From Eledone cirrhosa (Eukaryota), in NCBI GenBank assembly GCA_964016885.1, contig OZ024742.1, positions 197,222,001-197,286,000 on the forward strand: a DNA stretch of 64,000 bases, given 5' to 3'. How positions within the stretch are numbered: position 1 is the first letter of the stretch; the number at the start of each line of letters is the position of its first letter. This document shows positions 1-10,095 of this stretch, piece after piece. The notes beneath the pieces were generated by a model. It did not search any database and was not told the origin of the DNA. It saw only the letters and a list, made by a program, of their open reading frames with translations. The translations under genes were made by a program, and so were the position numbers.

Positions 1-120
1 AATTAGTAACTATGCCAGGTCGTACACTAAGTAGAAGTCAACATCTATTTAACATCTTTTAACTAGTTTAGCTTAATTTTATAAGCACGTTCATATCAGT
101 CCTGTTTCCTTTTTTGTCAG

Positions 121-165
121 GTCACTACTACAACTACTACTACTACTACTGCTGCTACTGCTAAA

Positions 166-213
<48 letters not shown>

Positions 214-370
214 GCTGCTGCTGTTACTGCTGCTGCTACTACTTCTACTATTACTACTACTCCCACTGCTGCTGCTACTACTACTACTACTACTACTGCT
301 GCTGCTGCTATTTCTACTACTACTACTACTACTACTACTGCTGTTGCTGCTCTGCTGCTGCTGCTGTTGT
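121..370. repeat. compound (ACT)n/(GCT)n trinucleotide microsatellite
   Basis: Direct reading; explains the poly-S, poly-V and poly-C ORFs in the track. Confidence 0.95.
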
Positions 371-819
371 TGCGTAAATGCACCGTGCTTGTGCTTTGAC
401 TGCGAACTTATGAACCGCGCAGTCAGCAAATCGACAGAAGAAGAATATAGCTTGTTTTGTTGTTGTTGTTCTTGTTGTTTACATTTTGAATTTGAAGTGT
501 CTGCAAAGACAGCAATAAAGAAAGGAATTCAACCCCTAGAAGAAGATTAAAGTGCTTTAGATTTACTTAGATTTCGTTAGCTCTCTTTTACAAAAGAAAG
601 GCAGATTCGAGAACGTCAACTAACTCTTACAATAGAAAGAATTTGCCAAACTACGCATGAAACTGGTTACAGATAAGATTTCATATGATACCAAACCCCA
701 GAATTCCAATGACTATTACAGATAAATGCAGCAATATTTCACAATAGTCAATATGAAAACAATGTGACTACAGCAATACCATCTCCAACACTGCAACGTC
801 AAAGATATTGATAAAGGAA

Positions 820-989
820 CGAAAATCATGGGCGGAGGTGGTGAGAGCTGACCTCAGATCGCTGAAGCAGACGGAGGCGTTGACGAAGGACCGTGACGAC
901 TGGAGAGATGATGTGCTGAAAAGGACCCGTCCCACCCTTGCAAGCAAGGAAAAGCGGACGTAAAATGATGATGATGATGATGATGATGA
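820..989 (+). mobile_element. 3' end of RTE-clade LINE with (GAT)n tail
   Basis: Translates RKSWAEVVRADLRSLKQTEALTKDRDDWRDDVLKRTRPT...*, the W..V..DL...DR..W C-terminus typical of RTE-type LINEs, followed directly by (GAT)n. Confidence 0.7.
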
Positions 990-1020
990 ACCATTTAAAC
1001 CAGCAATATTAAAAGTCTGG

Positions 1021-1189
1021 GATAGATCTCGAGCAAGATGGTTGGATAACATTCATGAGCTTGGCTGGTCTCGCTTGGAGATCCAGCCGGATCAGTTAGA
1101 GGAAATTGCTTCTGCCAGGACCCACTGGAAGAAGTGTTTTGAGGACTCTTCCCCCCCACGACCCTCTCAGAAATAAATAGGCGAAGAAA

Positions 1190-1238
<49 letters not shown>
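1021..1238 (+). mobile_element. 3' end of Rex3/Expander-like RTE LINE with (TAA)n tail
   Basis: Translates RSRARWLDNIHELGWSRLEIQPDQLEEIASARTHW, resembling the Rex3-type C-terminus; (TAA)n at ~1190-1238. Confidence 0.65.
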
Positions 1239-1240
<2 letters not shown>

Positions 1241-1615
1241 TTTCATTTATTGGCCACAAGGGCCGACATATAGGGGACAATACAAAAGACTGGGACAGTG
1301 GGGTTTTACAGAAAAATCGAGTAAACAATATGAATAAACAAAGTAACAATAACAAAGTAACAATAAAGTAACAAGAAAATTACAAGAAAATATTCCCCAA
1401 TAGGGGGGATGACCACCTAGGGTTCGCTCAGGTACCCCACCAATCCTGAACGACCCGATGCTTCGAGAGAACCCTGGAAGGGCACCCCTCTCCTCTTCAA
1501 ATTTACCTACCTACAGCCGCACGACCAGAGTAGGCCCACTCACACGGGCCATTCTCGCCACATTCACCCACCTTTCAGCAAATGTACTGGGGGGGCAGCA
1601 CTTCTCTCTCCACCC

Positions 1616-3408
1616 TCACCTTCCTTTCCAAGTGAAACTTGAAAAAGTTGATGAGGGATTGGATTGGCCGAAGAGAAAAGTGTCTGTCTTCAGTCCTTTC
1701 AACCTCGTCCACCATACAACCTCTTTCGCTACTGCCACCAGACAGAGGAAATTTGCCTGCCCTTCCTGGCCAAAAAAAGGCGGCGGGTCGATCTTCACTA
1801 TGGACTCGGCCGATAGCCGGATCCGTTCTACACGCGACAACAGCTGTTCAACATAACACCACAAGTCAGTAATGCACGGACACTGGACGAGTGCGTGCAG
1901 AACGGTTTCGTCGCTCTGTGCGCATCTCGTGCAGGTCCGTCTGACAGCACTTCCGTGCCTGTAGAGTTTATCTCGAACCGGTAGTGCCCCCCGGTAGCAC
2001 TGCCAAGCGAGGGATTTTTGGAAATTATCCATCGTCCCCGGCTCGAAAGTCCTCCGGTACAGACTGGTTAGTTCGACTTCGTTGACTCCCAGAGCCTCTC
2101 CGAGTGCGTCGTCGCACTTGCCCACCACTAATCCTCTATAGAACTCGAGAGTGGAAGTTCCACTGACCGTATTGCCCGCTTGGTAGAGGGCAGTGAGTGC
2201 CTGGCAACATTCCAGATGCCAGTCACCCAGTCTCGCTCTCTTCTTGACCCAGGACTGCAACTCAGTCAAAGAAACGAGCTGCGGAAAGGCCCGTCTGACA
2301 AACGGCGACCACACCTGTTCACCGTTTAGGCAGAATATCTGGAGATGCCGCAGCCTCAGCGCGTGCCTGCGCATCATTAGCCACGGCATGCCCAGCCCTC
2401 CACGTAGAGGGTGCTGGCAGCAGATGGACCGCCTCACCAGCGGAACCTGACCCCTCCACAAGAATTTGAAGAGGAGCCGCTCCAAGATGGCGAGGCGCGA
2501 ACGGGGGCAAGGGACGACAGTCAGACGGTAGTAGATAACGGACACGATGTACGCGTTCGCCACCTCCGCCCGACCTTTCAGTGATAGCTTCATCCCAGCC
2601 CATTTCTGGGTGAGACTGCCCGTCACCTCGTCCCAATTCTTATCCACCTGGAGGTCTGGCCCGAACCAAACCCCTAGCAACTTTACCGGTCCGTCCGTCC
2701 AGCGCCTAACGACGCTGTTGGACGGCATGGACTTGCCTCTCCAGGTGCCGAGTTGCAAGCCCACTGACTTTTCCGGGTTAAGTTTTGCTCCCGTCAACCT
2801 TTCATATTCCTCCAATAAGTTGCTGACCACCTCGATTTCTGAGGTGTCCGACACCATCACGGTGATGTCGTCCGCATAAGCCGACACAGCCTTTCCGCGT
2901 CTCGGTTAGAGCGGGATGCCCTGCAACAGCTCCAGCTTCCGCAGTAAAGGCTCGAGAGTCAATACATACAGAAGGGAGGAGAGAGGGCACCCTTGACAGA
3001 CCGATCGGGAGACCTGAAACGGTTCCGAGAGGTGGCCATTAATTTTGACCATCGAGCAGGTGCGATCCAGCTTCTGAAGACGGGTTTTATCGTGGTTTTA
3101 TTACCACGCTGCGCCTCTGCCACGCGGGCCCATCGAACAGCTTTGGTTCCCTCATTTCTCAGAGAACGCGCCTTAGCTCTGACAATGCAACCTTCGTGTT
3201 TCGCATTGAAGAAATGGTCTAATGCCATTCTCGCCGCTAGCACATCAGTTGCAATGCCACTACTAATAGCCTCGTCTAACTTATCTACCAACTCCCCCTC
3301 CTTTCTATTTTTCTCTAACGCTACTTCTTTGCTAAACTCTATCGACATTACTCTAATCTCTCTTTTGAGAGCCCCCCACCATCTATTGTTGACGATTCCC
3401 TCTGTCAA
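1616..3408 (-). pseudogene. Tx1 ORF2 linker + RT C-terminal half + zinc finger (frameshifted, internally deleted)
   Basis: QGCPLS near 2980-2997, AYADDITV, LLGVWFG, GGLGMP, CTRCAQSDETVLHALVQC; stops and frameshifts between track ORFs 2959-3408 and 1616-2887. Confidence 0.88.
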
Positions 3409-3448
3409 CTTTTTCTTAACTAAATTGTTGACCTGGTCCCTGTAAGCC

Positions 3449-4207
3449 TTACAGAAATGACATGTTTAGCTTCCAGTAACCAGGTCCTAACCTACGCGTC
3501 TTATCTAGGTCGACCATACAGATCACAAACTTGTGATCTGAATAGGCGACCGTTTCAAAACGTGGACAGCTTACACTATTTCTGTCTATTTTCCTAATGA
3601 ATATCCTGTCTATATACGATCTAGATGACCCTATGCGGTTAGCCCAGGTCCACACTGGCGCATTAGGGAAATCTAGTCGGTACCTGTCAGACAGTTGGAA
3701 CTGGCTGATCAGGTTCTTGAGGCTTTTGAACCCCCCGCTCCTATCGGATACTTCCACACAGTCCCAGCGTGTGTCTAAGATGCCGTCCCAGTCCCCCGCT
3801 AACAGTAAAGGGCGATACGTACACAGAAAGGCTTCCAGGCGTCTAAAGAAGTCTGGCCGTCCTGCACCAGTAGGAGCATAGACGGCCAGCAGTCTAAAGG
3901 CACCACCTTCATTATTGTTCACTTCCAGGATCACAACTTCCCGTCCGGGTCCCGAGATCCTTACCTCGAGATCCAGGCCTTTCCTAAACAGCACTGCCAC
4001 CCCGCCTCCCATTCCCGGCTGGCTAACAGATGCAAAGATCTGATAGTCGTCGAAAATGGGGGCTAGTGCGCGCGTGTCGGAAATCCTGGTCTCGCTGACT
4101 GCAATTACATCCATTTCTATAGACCTGAGGTCGTTGAGCAGGTGACCCTGCTTCCAGGACGATCCCAGGCCTCGAACATTTAAACATCCTACTCTTAATA
4201 CGGCCAT
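3449..4207 (-). pseudogene. Tx1 ORF2 N-terminal APE-type endonuclease domain
   Basis: LNVRGL, VSETR, VYAP, LAGDW, SYIDRIF, SDHK and GPGYWKLN motifs; premature stop after WKLNMSFL. Confidence 0.92.
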
Positions 4208-4238
4208 GTTGGCAGGTTAAACAGAGAGAGAGGAAGGT

Positions 4239-5949
4239 TTACTTACCTTCCGGGATCTTGTGAAGGTCGGGTTGTTCGACCTCCATAGTTAGTGGGGTTT
4301 CTTTTGGAAACCACTTTAAAAGTCTTGAAGTGGGTTTTACGTTCGGGGTTCCCACGTCCCGAGGAAAGCTGTCTCGTATTTCTTTGAATATGTCGAGCGA
4401 CATTCGCACCAGAACCAAATCTTCCGGCACGCGAAATGTGCTTGATTTAAAAATTTCCCCCTCTTTTTGTATATTTTCACTTCGTGCTACGAGGGCCATC
4501 AGTTCCTTGTTGGCCCTCCTGACGAGCACGAAGTTTTGTATGTTTTGTTGGTGTGATTTTATTTGTTTGCGTGGCTGTGGTGGTGATGGTTTTGGTGGTG
4601 TTGTTTCGGTTGTATCTGTGTTTGTTGTGAGTGCGGTGTCTGTGGTTTCAGATGTTTGTGTGTATATTTGTTCTTGCGCCTGTTTCGGTTGTTTGCGTTT
4701 GGGGGATTCTGGTGATGGTGATGGTGGTGTTGATGTTGGTGTTATTGGAGAGATGTTTGCGTGGGTGGCGTCTGCGTTTTTTATTGTGGGTGCTTTTGTG
4801 CTTTGTTGAGTTTTTTTTTTCTTTTTGTGTTTCCTTTTTTGTATTTTGGGGTATTTTGGATTTCTCTCATTTTCACTACTGGTAGATGAGGGATCTGTGT
4901 CTGTAAGTGTGTTTGTATGTATGTTTAAGGTTTTATTGGTGTGTGTATTTTTGGGGGGGGGAGGGGGAATTTGACAGATTTCCTCGTTTCCCCCCTGGGT
5001 GGTCAATGTTGGTGGTGGTCTTTCTATTGGTGTTGTTGTTGGTGGTTTTGCCGGTGCAGGTGATCTGGGATTGTCTTCACATTCTCGGGCCTGATCTGGA
5101 GAAGGATCTCCAGGTCAACTCCGGACCAGTCCTCTCTGGCCGTTCTGGTCACTTCTATAAGGACTGTATCCGTCCCCTCCACAATCACACATCCCAGAAG
5201 CCACCACATGTCAAGTCCTGGTAGGATTCTGGGAATGCGGAGACGGGCCGTTCTTTTTCCCATGTGGGAGGGGTACATTATGACCTTGCTGGTTTTGCAA
5301 GGAGTCATAGCGTGTTTCATAGCGAGGGCATAGCGCGGCTTCGACATCATCTTGTGGGATTAAAGCTGCCCTTTTGGTTTGTGCTGAGATGCATCTATAA
5401 TGCACCGTTTTGCGCTCCACTGCCTCAATAGCTCCTACCGGGACAGTTAAGTTGGCCCAAGTTTGCTCTTGCCTGGGCCAACTTTTCATCTTTGTTTGAG
5501 AGGTCCATGTTGAAGCATGGCCTCTTTTTTGCTGCTGCCGCAGCGAAAGTGGTCTTGTTTTCGTTGGGGGGTGTTGTTGACGTTGTTCTTGTTGGTGTTG
5601 TTGTTAGCACTGTCGCTGTTATCATTGTTGTCTTTGCTGCCACTGTTGTTCTCGGTGCAGTTGGTATTGTTGCTGTTGGTGTTGTCGCTATTTGTTTTCA
5701 TGTTAGTGGTGTTGATATTGTTGTTGTATTTGTTATATTTTTTTTTGTTATCTGTATTTCGGTGTCGCTGTTAGTGTCATTTTTTTCAAAATTAGAATTC
5801 TTATTGGTATCATTGGTGTCTTTGTTTACCTTGTTTGTGGTGGTGTTTGTGTTATCAATGTGTGTTAATTTCGCTGTAGCGCTCCTCTTAACTTCTACGT
5901 CGTTGTCGCACGACAGCCGATATATCGCTGGGGGGCGTGGCTCAGCCAT
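4239..5949 (-). pseudogene. Tx1 ORF1 (Thr/Asn/Pro-rich, frameshifted)
   Basis: Chain of minus-strand ORFs (5949-5698, 5701-5486, 5489-5211, 5350-5024, 5006-4239) ending 32 bp before the ORF2 ATG. Confidence 0.7.
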
Positions 5950-5980
5950 TTTTAATTCTTCGTAAATTTTTTAACATGTA

Positions 5981-7461
5981 AAATTTCTAGGTGTTTGTGA
6001 AGGAGACGGAATCAAGCTCTCGACAATGAGGGAAAGGATAAGGAAGGAATGTTACCGCAGAGTGAGAGCAATCTTAAAAACGGAATTGAATGCAAGGAAT
6101 AGGATCGATGCCATAAACACGCTTGCCATACCAGTAGTAACCTACAGTTACAATGTCATCAACTGGTCAAGCACAGAGATCCGTAGGCTCGATACAAAAA
6201 TTCGAAAATTCTTAACCATGCACAGAATGCATCACCCTAAAGCAGATATAGATAGAATATATCTCCCTAGGAAAGAAGGAGGACGTGGGTTAATCCAGTT
6301 AGACATTGCGTTGAAAACTGCAACAATTGGATTATCTACATATCTAAGGGAATCACATGATTGGATGATCAAACTCGTTTTGAAACACGAAAGCATCAAA
6401 AGATCATATTCCATTACAAAAGATACACAAAGATACAGTAATGGACTACAAATTTCAGAAGTCCCATTTACTGCTGAAATGGAAAACACAGAAAAAGCAA
6501 AGCAGGTAAAAGTAACTGCAAAGAAAGAACTGCTACAGAAACTGGCTAAGAAATGGCAAGAAAAGCCTCTGTATGGAAAATACCCAGAGCGAGCTAACAA
6601 TCCTGATGTTGACAAAACTTTAACCCATCAGTGGTTGGCATCCTCTGGACTGAAATCGGAGACTGAAGGACTGATTATATCGGCACAAGATCAGTGTCTG
6701 CCAACAAAAAATTACCAAGCCAACATAATAAAAAATGGGTGCAGCCCATTATGCCGTGTATGCAAAAAACAACCAGAGACCATTGACCATATAATTTCAA
6801 TGTGCAGTCCTATAGCTCCAACCGAATACCTAAACAGGCATGACAGAGCTGCACAATACATACATTGGATAATGTGTAAGCATTTTGACCTGCCCCATCA
6901 AAAGAATTGGTGGGAGCATCAACCACCTCCCATACTTGAAAAAGATCACATCTCAATCTTGTGGAACTTTAGCATCCAAACAGACCGAAAAATAGATGCA
7001 AACAGACCTGATATAATATTGAAAGACTTTCAAAAGAGGGTATGCCTGCTAATTGATATGTCTGTTCCAATAGACAAGAATGTATCTATAAAAACATTTG
7101 AAAAATTGAGCAAGTATAAGGACCTGGAGATAGAAATTGGAAAAATGTGGAAATTGAGAACTAAAACAATACCAGTGGTTGTAGGCGCTCTGGGAATGAT
7201 ACCTAAGGGGTCTAATGATTACATATCGCAAATCCCAGGAAACCCGCGTATAGGAGAAATACAAAAGATAGTACTAATGGGAACTGCCCATATACTAAGG
7301 AAGATTCTGTCAATATAAGTACATCACAAGTCTAAACACTAAAGATGCATGTGTGAATATGTATGTTCTTTCTTGAACATGGCGGACCTTGTTGTCTCTT
7401 GAGGTCACTGGTTGCGACTTGGTGATAACTCGTATGAACATAAAGCAAGATAAATGCAACT

Positions 7462-7462
<1 letters not shown>
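5981..7462 (+). mobile_element. 5'-truncated R4/Dong-clade non-LTR retrotransposon ending in (TAA)n
   Basis: Starts inside RT at KFLGV, has ~145 bp 3'UTR, then (TAA)n from 7463; Dong-type elements are known to target TAA repeats. Confidence 0.85.
6026..7318 (+). CDS. R4/Dong RT thumb + CCHC zinc knuckle + restriction-like (PD..D) endonuclease, open C-terminal 430 aa
   Basis: LPRKEGGRGL, CRVCKKQPETIDHIISMC, RHD, NRPDIILKD...LIDMSVP...KLSKYKDL, IPVVVGALG. Confidence 0.9.
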   Translation: MRERIRKECYRRVRAILKTELNARNRIDAINTLAIPVVTYSYNVINWSSTEIRRLDTKIRKFLTMHRMHHPKADIDRIYLPRKEGGRGLIQLDIALKTATIGLSTYLRESHDWMIKLVLKHESIKRSYSITKDTQRYSNGLQISEVPFTAEMENTEKAKQVKVTAKKELLQKLAKKWQEKPLYGKYPERANNPDVDKTLTHQWLASSGLKSETEGLIISAQDQCLPTKNYQANIIKNGCSPLCRVCKKQPETIDHIISMCSPIAPTEYLNRHDRAAQYIHWIMCKHFDLPHQKNWWEHQPPPILEKDHISILWNFSIQTDRKIDANRPDIILKDFQKRVCLLIDMSVPIDKNVSIKTFEKLSKYKDLEIEIGKMWKLRTKTIPVVVGALGMIPKGSNDYISQIPGNPRIGEIQKIVLMGTAHILRKILSI

Positions 7463-7505
<43 letters not shown>

Positions 7506-7513
7506 TAAAATAA

Positions 7514-7552
<39 letters not shown>

Positions 7553-7555
<3 letters not shown>

Positions 7556-7741
7556 TGTTTCTACTTTAGGCACAAAGCCAGCAATTACCCAGTGCGTTAC
7601 TGGTACTTTATTTTATCGACCCCGTAAGGATGAAAGGCAAAGTCAACCTCGGCGGGATTTGAACTCAGATCGTAAAGGGACGTAACTATGCTGGAAAGCA
7701 TGGCGTCCGACCCTCTACCGATACTGCCAATCCACCGCCCT
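7553..7741 (-). mobile_element. tRNA-derived SINE family A (Nin/Deu-like core)
   Basis: A-box TGGCAGTATCGG, B-box GTTCAAATCC, core GCCTTTCATCCTTACGGGGTCGATAAAATAAAGTACCAG; embedded in (TAA)n. Confidence 0.85.
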
Positions 7742-8439
7742 AATAATAATAATAATAATAATAATAATAAGAAGAAGAAGAAGAAAAGTCCTTAATAGTT
7801 ATAGCTTCACTACTTATTAGTATTCTCACGTCAAAGATTAGATGGAAGAGCAGCAGAAGCGATTTAACGGGAGGGTGTTGTCTAACTAATCGGCAACATG
7901 CAGGGAAAATTACGTTCAAAATAATAACGGTGACTCAAAGCAAATTCAACAAGCGATATGATATACAATGAAGTAAATGTCATTCTGGCCTTGAACAACT
8001 TAAATTACCTCTAATATGATATAATTTCTGACTTACTACCATTTAATTAGAAATGTTATATAAAGCAGCTCACAGAAAATCTGAAGAATCATTTTGGAAA
8101 AATAACTGAAATTTTGAATTTTCCTTTATTTTGATTTTGATGTTAACATCTCTTTTAAAAATACATCTGGTGATTTTCACTATGTATCAAGTATAAATTT
8201 AACGCTTATATATATCGCAGTAGGTGGAGCTTGATGTTTGTTTTTCTCATAGACAACAAGCAGATATGAATTTCATGCATATGCCTCATATCTGTATCAG
8301 TAGAAACTGGTTTGTAAGCATGATAATATAAATTTGTCTTGTAAGATTGTTTGACTATTGAACTAATAACTGCATGCTCATCTCTTTTTCAATCATATAT
8401 TACTAGTACGGATCACAAAGGAACGAGTATTATATTATA

Positions 8440-8748
8440 AAGGTGGTGGATAAAATAAAGTACCAGTCACGCACTGGGGTAGATTTAATCGACTTTTCCT
8501 TCCCCCCAAATTACTGGCCTTCTGCCTATATAAGAAACCATTATATTATAAAGGTGGTGGATTGGCAGTATCGATAGAGCGTCAGACATCATGCTTTGCA
8601 GCATAGAGTTATGGCACATTGTATTCTGAGTTCAAATCCCGCCGAAGTTGGCTTTGCCTTTCATCCTTACGGGGTCGATAAAATAAAAGTACCAGTAATG
8701 TACTGGGATAAATGCTGGCTTTGTGCCAAAAGTAGAAACAATTATATT
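8440..8748 (+). mobile_element. two tandem SINE family A copies (first internally deleted)
   Basis: 8440-8545 joins the head directly to GATAAAATAAAGTACCAG; 8551-8748 is full length. Confidence 0.8.
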
Positions 8749-9206
8749 ATAATCAGAAATTTGAGACGTTGTTTTGATTCCAATTTCCAACCAGTTGATT
8801 CCATATGCATAGATAATATTCGGAAGCATCAAGAAGATAACACCTCCCATTTGCCTGTTTCTAAATATATTTCGATTTATACTTTACAGTAATAACGTGT
8901 GCTGCTGTGATTCTAAAGCTAAAGGAAGATATTGAAGAATATATATTTATCATTTCGATAAGATGAAATAATATGGACCAGGATCTTAGGTATTGATTTT
9001 CAATTAAGTTTTTTTTCTTCCTATGGATGTCAAGAGTTAATAAATGTAATTCTATATTAATGGAAATACAATAACTTTTAACATCTTAAATTGCGATGGT
9101 ACTTGATATTAATTAAGTGGACCATCACTGGACTTATTTCGAAATCTTCGAATACCAGCTCCCGGATGACACAGAAATTGTTTAGTCAAAACAAAACAAA
9201 TTAGAA

Positions 9207-9559
9207 CTAGCTGGCGTACCCAGCTTCGCCCGGGTAAACAGATAATAAGAGAAGACAGGTAAAAGAGAAAATGACTGTATTGGATGTTTGTCTGGTCACA
9301 GTATGAGGCGAGTCCGTAGTGTCTGTGTGATACAAAAAACAGTAAAAAAAATATTCCAGATATACCAGATTCTTCGTTGTACCGTTTGTGCATAGTATAT
9401 GAACAATTCTAGGTGCTCCCACCTAGAATAGTGACCTCTAGGAGATGATTCATCTTCTGCCTGACTGTAAAACGTGTATCATTGCATAGACGTGGTTGTT
9501 CCACGTTTCTCAAAAGGATGATGGAAGTTCCAATCTTTTATATTATATGTAGATATAGA
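9207..9559 (-). mobile_element. short non-autonomous Helitron unit forming the 3' end of the larger element
   Basis: Minus strand begins A|TCTATATCTACATATAATATAAAAG (typical Helitron 5' end) at 9559 and ends hairpin-CTAG|T. Confidence 0.65.
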
Positions 9560-10095
9560 TATAGAAAATTAATATAAAAGATATCCGTCAATGTAAAAAA
9601 GGTTCCTACTTACTTGAAATGGTTTATACAAATGCCTAATTAATATGGATATGGATAACATGCTTATCTATAAGTGGTAAGCTATAATAATAAAACAACA
9701 AATTATATGACACAAAAATTTATTCAGTAATTTCCAGGCTCTTAGCCACTGAGTAATAGACAGTTAATGTTGCCCAGAGTTCAACTCGAGGAGGTGGCCT
9801 GGTTTGAACTCAAAATGGCGGATCCTTCTACTTCGAAAATAGAATCGTTTTTCAATATTACTCTAACCCTGGCCGGCCATAGGATCCAACCTTTTTGCCA
9901 GACTCAGCATATGATGAGGTTTTATTACCACCGCAATCAGAAGCGATAAACTTGTTGGTTTTTATTGCTCATTATCGACAATAAATGACATTGAACATAA
10001 ATGATAACTCTGTCAAAGCTCACAATACTGATCAAAGGATACTGATGTCCGAATCATTTACGTCGCTTATTGATAGCATTAAAGATATGCATACA

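Larger units (their letters stand above)
1239..5965 (-). mobile_element. Tx1/L1-clade non-LTR retrotransposon, near full length, decayed
   Basis: Low-complexity ORF1, then ORF2 with APE endonuclease, partial RT and C-terminal CxxC..HxxxxC finger; AATAAA on minus strand at 1246-1251 followed by (ATT)n. Confidence 0.9.

Noticed and set aside
8076-8115. CTGAAGA...GAAA as a hammerhead
   Set aside because: No convincing stem II or stem III pairing; chance match in AT-rich DNA.
8551-8645. SINE heads (and 41845-41900, 17680-17715, 27545-27615) as tRNA genes
   Set aside because: A/B-box-like motifs are present but no complete cloverleaf; most continue into SINE core and tail or are degenerate fragments.
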